The notes below the pieces were generated by a model. It ran no database searches and was not told the DNA's origin. It saw only the letters and a program-made list of their open reading frames with translations. A stretch of 64,000 bases of DNA from Spirochaetaceae bacterium (GTDB lineage Bacteria; Spirochaetota; Spirochaetia; DSM-2461). The DNA lies in the NCBI GenBank assembly GCA_051531975.1, contig JAOPTT010000004.1:192001-256000 (forward strand), written 5' to 3'. A program made the translations under genes and the position numbers. This document shows, one piece after another, positions 1-9,878 of the stretch (within the stretch, counting starts at the first letter, position 1; each line of letters begins with the position of its first letter).

Positions 1-2079
1 AACCCACTCTGTCTGTTTGTCTAAGATATCATTTAAAGTTGTGTAAATTGAGTTATTGTCCTTGCTGAATTTTATATTATACTGATCTTTAATTTTTTCA
101 TAATCCCTTAATTGTAACGCTTCAATAATAATTCTGTTTTCTTGTCTCCATTTGGATGGCCTCTCTTCTGAAAACTGCATTAGAGCTAAATACCCACCTT
201 GATCCTGTCCATGTTTTAAAATCCATTCATTGTTAATATTTAGGTGTGGGCAGATTAAATCCATTATTTCATACCTTATGTTATTATCTTTATATAATTG
301 AAGAGAGTTAAAAACTAATGCTGCATTTGACTTCATATCTAATTTAATTAGTGCTCCACAAGCAGAGGAGGATAGGTGGAAAGTTGGTGTCATAGTTTTA
401 ACAAGTTCTTTCAATATTGGAACTGCAATTGTAGCTCCAATTCTTCCTAGAGATCTAGCTGATACGGCCTTTAGTTTCTCGGATCTGTCTGATTGTAAAA
501 AACTAATAATAATTTCTGTTGCTTCTTCCCATTGTAATTGCCCAAGTGCCCAAACAATATGTTCATGGTAAATTGACATATATGGATTTTGTAACATGGT
601 AAAAAGCCTTTTTCCTGCTAATTCAGATCCAGAACGACCAAGTTCTCTAATCGCACTAACTTTAACATCATATGATGGGTCTTTTAATAGGGATATTAAT
701 GAATTTATACTAAATGGATTACCTCTACGACCTAAAGAGTAGGACATCTGTTCTCTTCTGTTATCATCTAATTTATGTAGTCGTCCAACTTGGATCATAG
801 TTCTAAATGATGTTGGATTTAGTGATGTAAAAAAATCTCCTAGTCCAAACCAAGGTCTAATATTTGGAATTTTTTGTACACTTACAAATAGTATTATTCT
901 AGATACTACTGCTACAATTATCATAAAAACTTTAACACCATCTAAGATCACTAATGGGTTACTAAAACCTGATATTACCTGCCCATTTATAAATATCCAG
1001 ATAGCGTTAATTATTAATGTTATTGCACCATAAACACTAAATATAAATATAGATCTCTCTTTTGTTGTGTAGTAGTGCTGTATACTTGTCATGGCAATAC
1101 CAGATCCAGCTAAAACCATGCCATCTATAAAACTATATATCATTAAACCATAAATTTTATCTGGTTGAATTAAGAATAGAAATGGAATTTGTAATAGACC
1201 TAAAATATGTACACCGGTCAAAGTATTTTTGAAGCCTAAAGTATCACTTATATTTCCCCAGAAAAGTAGAGATACAGCGTTACCTAATGTACCAACAAAT
1301 ACTGCAGTTGTTACAATATTTGAAGGTAGATTTAGACCTTGTTTTAAGTAAAGAACAAATAGTGGGAAAAAAGTACACTGAACTAATATGATCATAAAAA
1401 GAGGTCTAGTTAGGGTTTTAAGCTCTTTAACTATTTCTGTTAAAGATAGCTTCTTTTTACTGTTTTTAACATATGGAATCTCTGGTACTTTGTGAACCAT
1501 TATTACCATATTAATCTGAGCTAATAGTGGGAAAAACAGAAAAATCTTATATTCAACTGATGAGATTGATTCACCAATTATTAGAGGTATAATACCGGTA
1601 ACCACTAGACTTATAAGGGTGAATACAAGACGCATTCTAGAAAAAAATCTTCCTCTATCTTGATTTGTTGTAATATCTCTTAGAAGTGGTTGCCATGCGG
1701 TACCTAATCCTAACTGATTCAGTAGTGAAAAAGAAATTAATAGGCTTAAATATAGTGTATATGATAAATCTTTAGGTGGTATTAATATCATTCCAATAAC
1801 AATTATGGCTTTAAATATTGCTGAAGACTGTATTAATCTAACTTTTCCAATACTTGATAGCACTTTTAAAAGGAAAAATCTAAGTAGTCCTACTAATGGA
1901 ATTATTGACATTATACCTGAGATTTTTGATGTCGAGAGGTGTAATACATCTCCGGCATATATAATCATTAAGGCTCCAGTAATCACATAAGTTCCGATTG
2001 GTGTAACAGTATTTGCTAGTAGGGCATATTTTTGGCCTATTTTTCTTTGTGGTCTGTTTAATTCGTTATCTGAAATCAT
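1..2079 (-). CDS. MFS-type transporter fused to C-terminal HEAT/PBS-lyase repeats (partial, runs off the left edge)
   Basis: Not in the ORF track; translated by hand from ATG 2079 with AGGA RBS upstream (MISDNELNRPQRKIG...). Multiple hydrophobic helices, MFS-like AWQPLLRDITTNQDRGRFFSRMR and FWGNISDTLGFK, then HEAT-like LISLLKDPSYDVKVSAIRELGRSG and KAVSARSLGRIG. Confidence 0.75.
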   Translation of the reverse strand, partial: MISDNELNRPQRKIGQKYALLANTVTPIGTYVITGALMIIYAGDVLHLSTSKISGIMSIIPLVGLLRFFLLKVLSSIGKVRLIQSSAIFKAIIVIGMILIPPKDLSYTLYLSLLISFSLLNQLGLGTAWQPLLRDITTNQDRGRFFSRMRLVFTLISLVVTGIIPLIIGESISSVEYKIFLFFPLLAQINMVIMVHKVPEIPYVKNSKKKLSLTEIVKELKTLTRPLFMIILVQCTFFPLFVLYLKQGLNLPSNIVTTAVFVGTLGNAVSLLFWGNISDTLGFKNTLTGVHILGLLQIPFLFLIQPDKIYGLMIYSFIDGMVLAGSGIAMTSIQHYYTTKERSIFIFSVYGAITLIINAIWIFINGQVISGFSNPLVILDGVKVFMIIVAVVSRIILFVSVQKIPNIRPWFGLGDFFTSLNPTSFRTMIQVGRLHKLDDNRREQMSYSLGRRGNPFSINSLISLLKDPSYDVKVSAIRELGRSGSELAGKRLFTMLQNPYMSIYHEHIVWALGQLQWEEATEIIISFLQSDRSEKLKAVSARSLGRIGATIAVPILKELVKTMTPTFHLSSSACGALIKLDMKSNAALVFNSLQLYKDNNIRYEIMDLICPHLNINNEWILKHGQDQGGYLALMQFSEERPSKWRQENRIIIEALQLRDYEKIKDQYNIKFSKDNNSIYTTLNDILDKQTEWV

Positions 2080-2218
2080 TATTTATCCTATATTATTTAG
2101 GATATCATAACTCCTGTTAAGCTTCCATATAGACACCTTTCATTCCTGATACTGCTAAACTTTTATATATACTTAAGGTATCAAAGACTTTTGTTGTTAT
2201 CAATTATTAAGCCAAGCC

Positions 2219-2247
2219 TTGAATGGCATTTAAAACATGGTTAGTAT
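2219..2247 (+). promoter_or_regulatory. sigma70-type promoter, leaderless, for anSME
   Basis: TTGAAT-N17-TAGTAT, 6 nt before ATG 2254, no SD. Confidence 0.6.
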
Positions 2248-2253
2248 GTAATT

Positions 2254-3486
2254 ATGAATATTAAAAGACCTTTCCATTTAATGACAAAACCAATTGGACC
2301 TATATGTAACTTAGATTGTGAATATTGTTTCTACCTAAAAAAAGATAAACTTTTTAACCATACAACTAAAAAAGAGTTTGAGATGGGGTTAGACTTATTA
2401 GAAAGTTATACCAAAAATTATATAGACTCACAGCCAGAAAATCTTAATGAGATTACATTTGCTTGGCAGGGTGGGGAACCAACACTTTTAAGTTTAGACT
2501 TTTATAAAGAAGCTATAAAATTTCAAACTAAACATAAAAGACCAGGGATGGAAGTTAATAATGCTCTGCAAACAAATGGAACATTAATAACAGATGAGAT
2601 GGCAATCTTTTTTAAGGAGAACAACTTCCTTATTGGTGTTAGTATTGATGGCCCAGAAGATATTCATAATAAATACCGAAAAGATAGGGCTGGTAATGGT
2701 TCATTTAAAAATGTAATAAAAGGTGTAGAACTATTAAAAAAATATAAGGTAGATTTTAATACTTTAACAGTAGTTCAGGACCACAATAGCCAATACCCAT
2801 CAGAGGTTTATAATTTCTTGAAAGCTTTAGGCTCCACATTTTTGCAGTTTATACCAATTGTAGAACCAGATTCTAAGAACTTGGTTTCTAGTAGAACTGT
2901 ACCACCAGAGAGTTTAGGTAATTTTATGTCAGAAATATTTAAGTTATGGGCTAAAGAGGATGTTGGAAAGATCTATATTGGGCACTTTGATATGCTTTTA
3001 GGTCGGTATATGGGTTACCCTGCCTCATTTTGTGTTCACTCTAAAACCTGTGGAACAGCTTTAGCTATGGAACATAATGGTAATGTTTATAGTTGTGATC
3101 ATTTTGTTGACCCAGAACATGAATTAGGTAATATAAAAAATACAACTATGGTTGATATGGTTAATGGCGAAAAACAGATAACTTTTGGTGATGATAAATT
3201 TGATAAACTACCAACAAAGTGTTTAGAATGTAACTATTTGACTCTATGTTATGGAGCATGCCCAAAAAATAGATTAAAAGATGACTTAAATTACCTTTGC
3301 CAGGGTTATTATAACTTTTATAGCTTTACAGAGCCCTATTTTGTGGCAATGGCAAATGCTCTGAAACAGGGAAAAGAAGCAAAAGAGTTTAGAACATATT
3401 TAAGGTTTAAAGTTAATCCAGATCCAAAAAGAAATGATCCTTGTCCATGTTTAAGTGGCCAAAAATTTAAAAACTGCTGCGGGTAA
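2254..3486 (+). CDS. Anaerobic sulfatase maturase (radical SAM/SPASM) with C-terminal SEC-C motif
   Basis: KPIGPICNLDCEYCFY, WQGGEPTL, YSCDHFV, SPASM cysteines (CLEC...CYGAC...C) and RNDPCPCLSGQKFKNCCG. Confidence 0.92.
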   Translation: MNIKRPFHLMTKPIGPICNLDCEYCFYLKKDKLFNHTTKKEFEMGLDLLESYTKNYIDSQPENLNEITFAWQGGEPTLLSLDFYKEAIKFQTKHKRPGMEVNNALQTNGTLITDEMAIFFKENNFLIGVSIDGPEDIHNKYRKDRAGNGSFKNVIKGVELLKKYKVDFNTLTVVQDHNSQYPSEVYNFLKALGSTFLQFIPIVEPDSKNLVSSRTVPPESLGNFMSEIFKLWAKEDVGKIYIGHFDMLLGRYMGYPASFCVHSKTCGTALAMEHNGNVYSCDHFVDPEHELGNIKNTTMVDMVNGEKQITFGDDKFDKLPTKCLECNYLTLCYGACPKNRLKDDLNYLCQGYYNFYSFTEPYFVAMANALKQGKEAKEFRTYLRFKVNPDPKRNDPCPCLSGQKFKNCCG

Positions 3487-3495
3487 ACTTTAATA

Positions 3496-4884
3496 ATGAA
3501 AGCTGTAGTTGTAACACCATCTATTTTTGACTTCTACTTCACTCCAGGTAGGGCGACAGCTTTAGGTGCAATAGCTGTACAAAAGCAGCTGTTAAAGTAT
3601 GGTATTAATGCCCCGATATATAATTTGCCTCTACTAAATGCCCGTGGAAAATCTATACCACTACCAGATCACCTAAACTATCTTAAACCCTATATTATTC
3701 CTGGAGAAAAAGGGCCAATAAGTTTTTTTAAGAACTATAAAAGGTTTGGCCCAACAGTAGAAGATTCAGCAAAGCTTATATTAGAAACAAACCCTGATAT
3801 TGTTTATATTTCTCTTTTTGCATGGGTTTATGCTTCCAATACTATAGATTTGGCTAGGCAGATAAAATTAGAAAACAGTTCGGTAAAACTAGTTATTGGT
3901 GGTGCAGGAGTAGCTGTATTACCTGAATATTTTAACAATTCCAATCTTTTTGATTATGTAGTTAGAACCGAGGCCGGGCAAGGACTTCCTCCATTTGTAG
4001 ATCTATCAGATGTAAGAGAGATAAATAGAGAGAATCCAGAACCTATCATTAGTTTTAATACAGATAAAAAAGGTAAGCAGTGGTTATCCATAGCACTATC
4101 AAGAGGCTGCCCATTAAAATGTCAGTTCTGCTCTAACCATCTGACCCAAGGCAGAAAGTTTCGTTGTACTCCAGTTATTGAACTGTTAGAAGAGTTAAAA
4201 AAAATAACCTTTTCAAGTTCAGAACCTATACATATGAATATAGAGGATGATAATTTATTAATTAATAAAGATTATTTTTCCTCAGTTTTAAAAACTATTA
4301 AACTACAAATACCACATGTAACTTTTAGTATCGATAATGGTCTAGATTATACATATCTAAACACAGAATATGTTAACTTTTTAATCGATATAGGTTTTAC
4401 ATCATTTACATTATCTCTAGGTTCTGCAGATTTAGAAACTCTTAAACAGCAAAAAAGACCGGCAAACTTAGAAAAATTAGAGCTGATAATAGATTTCATA
4501 ATAAAAAGGAAAATAAAAGTCTCTACTTTCTTAATATGTGGGTTACCTGAAGATACCCCAGAATCAATTTTAGTTAGTTTAAGGTATATTCATAAACTAC
4601 CAACTTTAACAAATATATCCATGTTTTATGTTGTCCCAGGGCTGCCAAAATTCCAAGACAAACAGTATTTTTTAGACTTACACCCTAGTCTCTGTTGTGG
4701 TTCAGTTGCCTACCCCCATGCAGGATCTTTAACAACAAAGCAGATGGTAACTGTATTTCGACTAGCTAGACTTTCAAACTACATAAAAACAGAACCTAAG
4801 ATAGACCTAGATCTTTTAGGCCTATTTAAAGATATTAAAAATTTGGATGAGGATCTTATTAAAGGGTTTATTACCTCGATATAA
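3496..4884 (+). CDS. B12-binding-domain radical SAM protein
   Basis: SRGCPLKCQFC motif, EDDN, N-terminal Rossmann-like segment (PDIVYIS...LVIGGAG); 9 bp after anSME. Confidence 0.75.
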   Translation: MKAVVVTPSIFDFYFTPGRATALGAIAVQKQLLKYGINAPIYNLPLLNARGKSIPLPDHLNYLKPYIIPGEKGPISFFKNYKRFGPTVEDSAKLILETNPDIVYISLFAWVYASNTIDLARQIKLENSSVKLVIGGAGVAVLPEYFNNSNLFDYVVRTEAGQGLPPFVDLSDVREINRENPEPIISFNTDKKGKQWLSIALSRGCPLKCQFCSNHLTQGRKFRCTPVIELLEELKKITFSSSEPIHMNIEDDNLLINKDYFSSVLKTIKLQIPHVTFSIDNGLDYTYLNTEYVNFLIDIGFTSFTLSLGSADLETLKQQKRPANLEKLELIIDFIIKRKIKVSTFLICGLPEDTPESILVSLRYIHKLPTLTNISMFYVVPGLPKFQDKQYFLDLHPSLCCGSVAYPHAGSLTTKQMVTVFRLARLSNYIKTEPKIDLDLLGLFKDIKNLDEDLIKGFITSI

Positions 4885-5010
4885 TTGAAGAAGCATAAAT
4901 CTGTTTGATATATTTAAAAGTCGACTACTTTAGTGGGAAATAGCTAGTTATATCATGATATTATTCAGTATTTCATTGATCTTATATATATATGCCCTTA
5001 TATTAAAGAC

Positions 5011-7542
5011 ATGATAGATTCAGAAAAATATGCAAAATTACAATCACTTTACGAGTTTTATAAAAATACACTAAACCAGTATAAAGACAATACTTTTGAT
5101 GGCGACGATTTAACATATGCAAAAACCTTTGAAATAATAAAAGAGAGGGCAGGATATTTACAACAAGCTGGTTATAGAAAAGGTGATGTTGTTGGTATTT
5201 TATCACTTAATTCCCCTGAGTGGTTAATAAGTTACATGGCACTAACTTCTATTGGTATTATAGCCCTACCATTAGATACAAACTTAAACCTAGAAAGTTA
5301 CCAAACAATGTTAGAACAGGTAGATGCTAAAGGTCTGTTTGTATCAGAAGATTTTAAACTAGATTTTACTAATGTTGAAGTATTAGATATTTCAATGTCA
5401 GAATGCAGAACTAAAGATATATTCAAAGAAGTAGACATAATAGAGAGTGATATTGCTACATTTTTATATACATCAGGAACTACAGGTAAACCTAAAATTG
5501 TACAGTTAACCCATGGGAATATGTACAAAGGTTCTATTGGTGGAAACGAATTCGTAAAGGTTAAAGAGAACTCTCTAGTTCTTTGTATGTTACCTTTTTA
5601 TCATATATTTGGACTTCACTCTACTTTCTTAGCTTGTTTTGGGGTTGGTAGTGGTTATGTTTGTCAGCCATCATTAACTGCCCCTGCAATACTCCAGAGT
5701 TTAAAAGATTACGATATAACTGTCTTTCCAGCTGTTCCTCAACTATGGGAAATGATGTTAGATGGCATACTAAATAAAGTTAAAACTGCTTCTAAATTAA
5801 AGTACTCAATATTTATGTTTAATTTAAAACATGCCCATATTCTAAAAATGTTAGGTTTAGGTTTTATTCCTAGAGCTATCTTTAAACCTGTTCATAAGGT
5901 TTTTGGAGAAAAAATTGATTTTCTAATTACTGGTGGTGCACCATTTAAAAAAGAGTATTACCACTACTATTACAATATGGGTTTTAAAGTTATGGAAGGT
6001 TATGGTTTAACCGAAACTACTTCCGCTATCTGTGCTTCTAATAGGGACAAGTATAAACCAGGCCAGTCAGGTCCTGCTCTACCTGGGAACGAAATGAAGT
6101 TAAAAGATGTTAACGATTTAGGAATTGGTGAAATATGGTTTAGAGGTCATAATGTTTTTCCTGGTTATTATAAAAACCCAGAAGCAACTGCTGAAGTATT
6201 TGATAAAGAGGGTTGGTTTAACTCTGGAGACTTAGGTTTTATAGATAAGTATGGGGAAGTACATGTTACTGGACGGGAGAAGAACTTAATTGTTTTAGAC
6301 TCAGGAAAAAATGTTTACCCAGAGGAATTAGAATCTTACTACTCTAATTCACCATTAGTTGGGGATATTGCTGTCTTTGGGCAATTAGAAGGTGGCAGAG
6401 AGATAGCCTACGCTGTAATTGTTCCAAAAAAGTTAACAACTACTTATAGTGAGATAAAAGCAGACATAAACAGATTAAACAAAGGACTTCCATCGTATAA
6501 AAAAATATCAGATTTTGCTATTACAACAGAGGTTCTACCTAAAACTACAAAACGAACAAACATAAACAGTAAAATTATCAAAAATCTACAAGCTGGACTT
6601 TATAATTGTGGTGAAACCGAAGCTGGTGTTCAAAAGGAGTTATTATCTGTAGAGACTAGGAAATCTGAAATAATTGTAGTTTTAAAAGATGAACTAAAAC
6701 GAAAACAAATTTATAACACTCAGATTCTTTCAGATTTTAACATCGATTCTTTAGGTATAATGAACCTAATTGTACAGTTAGAAGTTAAGTTAGAAATTAA
6801 AATAGAAGAGAAGGATTTTACTGGTACAAACAACCTAGAAGAACTTGTTAACTACTTAAGCAGTTGCCCAAAAGGTGAGGGGAGAACTACATTTGATGAG
6901 CTTATTCATGGTAACATAACAACTAAGTCAATATCATTTTTTAACCCACTATTTGAACTTCTATTAATAATCTTTAGATTTATATCCAAAGTGTTTTGGC
7001 GTGCTAAAGTATATAAAAAAGAGAAATTAGATTTTAATAATAGTATTGTTGCTGTAAACCATCAGTCAATTATGGATATTTTAATTCTATTAAGTTCCTT
7101 ATCGTATAAAGTGAGAAAAGATATGTTTATCACTGCTAAAAAAGAGCTTAAATTCCTTAAATATATATTCCCTGGAATCTCTTATATTTTTGTTGATAGA
7201 AAAAACAGTACCATACCGGCATTAAAAGCTGGTGCAGATATATTAAGACAGGGTAAAACACTTGTTATATTCCCTGAGGGAACTAGAACAAAAGATGGTA
7301 GACTAAGCGAGTTTAAAACTGGAGCTGTATTTTTAGCTAAGGAACTTAAAAAGAGTATTATTCCTATGACTATTAATGGGGCATATAAAGTATTTCCAAC
7401 TAATACATTTTTCCCTAAATTTTTTACTAAACATAGAGTATCCTTAACTATACTTAAACGATTAAATCCTGAAAATTATTTAAACTCAGATATTATGAAT
7501 AAGGCTCTGTTTAAAGCAATTAAAGGTGGGTTGGCTAAATAA
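5011..7542 (+). CDS. Trifunctional long-chain acyl-AMP/CoA ligase - acyl carrier domain - 1-acyl-G3P acyltransferase (Aas-like)
   Basis: YTSGTTGKPK, GYGLTET and SGDLG (adenylation); IDSLG (phosphopantetheine Ser); NHQSIMD and FPEGTRT (PlsC). Confidence 0.88.
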   Translation: MIDSEKYAKLQSLYEFYKNTLNQYKDNTFDGDDLTYAKTFEIIKERAGYLQQAGYRKGDVVGILSLNSPEWLISYMALTSIGIIALPLDTNLNLESYQTMLEQVDAKGLFVSEDFKLDFTNVEVLDISMSECRTKDIFKEVDIIESDIATFLYTSGTTGKPKIVQLTHGNMYKGSIGGNEFVKVKENSLVLCMLPFYHIFGLHSTFLACFGVGSGYVCQPSLTAPAILQSLKDYDITVFPAVPQLWEMMLDGILNKVKTASKLKYSIFMFNLKHAHILKMLGLGFIPRAIFKPVHKVFGEKIDFLITGGAPFKKEYYHYYYNMGFKVMEGYGLTETTSAICASNRDKYKPGQSGPALPGNEMKLKDVNDLGIGEIWFRGHNVFPGYYKNPEATAEVFDKEGWFNSGDLGFIDKYGEVHVTGREKNLIVLDSGKNVYPEELESYYSNSPLVGDIAVFGQLEGGREIAYAVIVPKKLTTTYSEIKADINRLNKGLPSYKKISDFAITTEVLPKTTKRTNINSKIIKNLQAGLYNCGETEAGVQKELLSVETRKSEIIVVLKDELKRKQIYNTQILSDFNIDSLGIMNLIVQLEVKLEIKIEEKDFTGTNNLEELVNYLSSCPKGEGRTTFDELIHGNITTKSISFFNPLFELLLIIFRFISKVFWRAKVYKKEKLDFNNSIVAVNHQSIMDILILLSSLSYKVRKDMFITAKKELKFLKYIFPGISYIFVDRKNSTIPALKAGADILRQGKTLVIFPEGTRTKDGRLSEFKTGAVFLAKELKKSIIPMTINGAYKVFPTNTFFPKFFTKHRVSLTILKRLNPENYLNSDIMNKALFKAIKGGLAK

Positions 7543-7606
7543 CTTAACAACACTTTTTTAACTTGAAATCTGTACTCCCTCAAACGATAATTTATTAGAG
7601 GGCAAT

Positions 7607-8377
7607 ATGAAAAGAGAGTTAAGTTTTTCCGGAACATTTTATCCAGGAAGTGAAAAAGAGATTAAGAAGTTTATAGAAAACAACAGAGAACCCATAACAA
7701 AAGAGAACAACCTTAAAGGTTTGATTCTACCCCATGCTGGCTGGATATATTCTGGGGTCACAGCACTTAAGGGGTACAGCTTTTCACCTAATGAAAATAT
7801 CGATGATATCCTATTAATTGGCCCCTCCCATAGGGTCCCATTTAAGGGAGTAGCTAGTTCCACATTTAAAGCCTATAAAACCCTAACCGGGGAGATAAGC
7901 ATAAATGAATCTTTAATAAAAGAGTTAGAAGAGATAATAGAATTGGAAGTTTTAGACCAGGCACATAATTACGAACACAGTTTAGAGGTTCAGCTTGAGT
8001 TCATTAAAGAGTTCTATCCTAATGCAAACATTGTACCGCTTGTTGTTGGCTCCAATGCCCAGAAAAAAGTAGAAAAAATACTAAACATTACCCTAAACAG
8101 ACCAAATACCCTAACAATCTTGAGCAGTGACCTATCCCACTATCTCTCCTACTCTGAAGCAATAACTAGGGATAGGGAAACCATAAAAAAAATAGAGGAT
8201 TTTAGTAAAATTATTGGGGAAGATGCATGTGGCGCGATATTAATAAACGCTTTTACATCATTAAATAAAAACAAAGATTTTATAGTTAAACTTTTTGATT
8301 ATAGAAACTCTGGAGATACTGCCGGGGATAAAAAAGCTGTTGTAGGATACGCAGCTATGGGTATATATCATGGATAA
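7607..8377 (+). CDS. amrB: AmmeMemoRadiSam system protein B (MEMO1 family)
   Basis: GTFYP, PHAGWIYSG, GPSH, EHSLEVQ, SSDLSHY, CG, VGYA motifs. Confidence 0.92.
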   Translation: MKRELSFSGTFYPGSEKEIKKFIENNREPITKENNLKGLILPHAGWIYSGVTALKGYSFSPNENIDDILLIGPSHRVPFKGVASSTFKAYKTLTGEISINESLIKELEEIIELEVLDQAHNYEHSLEVQLEFIKEFYPNANIVPLVVGSNAQKKVEKILNITLNRPNTLTILSSDLSHYLSYSEAITRDRETIKKIEDFSKIIGEDACGAILINAFTSLNKNKDFIVKLFDYRNSGDTAGDKKAVVGYAAMGIYHG

Positions 8378-8900
8378 AGAGTTATTAAATATTGCAAGAA
8401 ACAAATTAGAGAGACATTTTGGTTTAACTACAGATACTTTAAATATAAAAGATGAGTGGAGAAGTCCTGGAGCAACATTTGTGACCCTTACAGAAAATGG
8501 TAATCTTAGAGGATGTATAGGTTCTATGGAAGCTGTTAGGCCGTTAATAGAGGATTTGGAATCCAATGCCATTGCTGCAGCCCTAAGAGATCCTAGATTC
8601 CCACCACTTAAAAAAGATGAATTAAAGTCTATCAAAATAGAGATCTCCCTGCTCTCGGAGTTAAAAGAAGTTGAGTTTACAACACAAGAGGATATATTAA
8701 CTTTTATAAAGCCATTTGAAATGGGACTGTTATTGGAGTTTGGGCTTTATAGGGGAACCTTTTTGCCCCAGGTTTGGCAGTACTACCCAAAACCAGAGGA
8801 GTTTTTTAAGCATCTGAAAATGAAAGCTGGACTAGATGAAGATTTTTTTGAGCAGGATATGAAGCTCTATTACTACGAAGTGGAAAAATGTCTGGAATAG
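8370..8900 (+). CDS. amrA: AmmeMemoRadiSam system protein A (AMMECR1 family)
   Basis: ATFVTL...LRGCIG, AALRDPRF, GTFLPQVW, LKMKAGL; overlaps amrB. Confidence 0.92.
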   Translation: MDKELLNIARNKLERHFGLTTDTLNIKDEWRSPGATFVTLTENGNLRGCIGSMEAVRPLIEDLESNAIAAALRDPRFPPLKKDELKSIKIEISLLSELKEVEFTTQEDILTFIKPFEMGLLLEFGLYRGTFLPQVWQYYPKPEEFFKHLKMKAGLDEDFFEQDMKLYYYEVEKCLE

Positions 8901-9820
8901 GTTGTAACTTATGTCCCCATAATTGCCCAGGGTCTAAAGGATTTTGTGGAGACCGAAGGGCAAACCTTGGATTATTCTCCGCTGTTAACATGGACCCTGT
9001 AGAGAAAAAGCCTCTATATCATATCTATCCAGGTAGCCAAACTCTCTCCCTTGGTGGGGTAGGCTGTAACCTTAAGTGTCCCTGGTGTCAAAACTGGCAG
9101 ATAAGTAAGGAGTTTAAAAACTGTTCAACATATAAAATCTCTACCAGTGAGCTTATACAAATGGCAAAAGAGAGAGGTGTTAATAGTGTAACCTTTACAT
9201 ATAATGAACCATCAATACACTACGAATATGTAACTGAAGCTTCTAGACTTCTAAAAGCAGAGGGAATAGATACTCTACTGGTTTCCAACGGTTATATTTC
9301 AGAAGAATATCTGGAAGGTCTATACTCTAATATTAAAGCAGTAAATATAGATCTTAAATCTTTTAATAAGGATATATATAAAAAAACAATTGGTGGGGAT
9401 CTGGAAACAGTTTTAAATACCTTAAAGTATGTTAATAGTAGTAATACATGGTTGGAGATTACAACACTCTTAGTCCCTGGAATAAATGACTCCACAGATG
9501 AGATAAAGAATATGGTTAACTGGATTTTAAAAGAGTTAGGTGATAGTGTCCCTCTTCATCTATCTGCATTTTATCCAAACTATAACTATAAAGGAAGGAC
9601 ACCTACCAAAGAAGACTATGTATTGGAAATGGTCAGACTTGCCAGAGAGGCTGGTCTGTTATATGTCTACCCAGGAAATATTATGGCAGGAGATAGCTCT
9701 ACATACTGCCCATCCTGTAATTTTAGGGTTATTAAAAGAGAGGGGTATAAAACAGAAAGTTACTTAGAAGGAAACAGATGTCCAAATTGTAAAAACATTA
9801 TTCCAGGGATTTTTAAATAA
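8888..9820 (+). CDS. amrS: AmmeMemoRadiSam system radical SAM enzyme
   Basis: CNLCPHNC, DPVEKKPLYH, GCNLKCPWCQNWQIS, TYNEP, C-terminal CPSC...CPNC. Confidence 0.92.
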   Translation: MSGIGCNLCPHNCPGSKGFCGDRRANLGLFSAVNMDPVEKKPLYHIYPGSQTLSLGGVGCNLKCPWCQNWQISKEFKNCSTYKISTSELIQMAKERGVNSVTFTYNEPSIHYEYVTEASRLLKAEGIDTLLVSNGYISEEYLEGLYSNIKAVNIDLKSFNKDIYKKTIGGDLETVLNTLKYVNSSNTWLEITTLLVPGINDSTDEIKNMVNWILKELGDSVPLHLSAFYPNYNYKGRTPTKEDYVLEMVRLAREAGLLYVYPGNIMAGDSSTYCPSCNFRVIKREGYKTESYLEGNRCPNCKNIIPGIFK

Positions 9821-9878
9821 TTTTGTTCAATCATTATTTCTGCACAAATTTATGATTATTGGTGTTATACTTTTTTAT

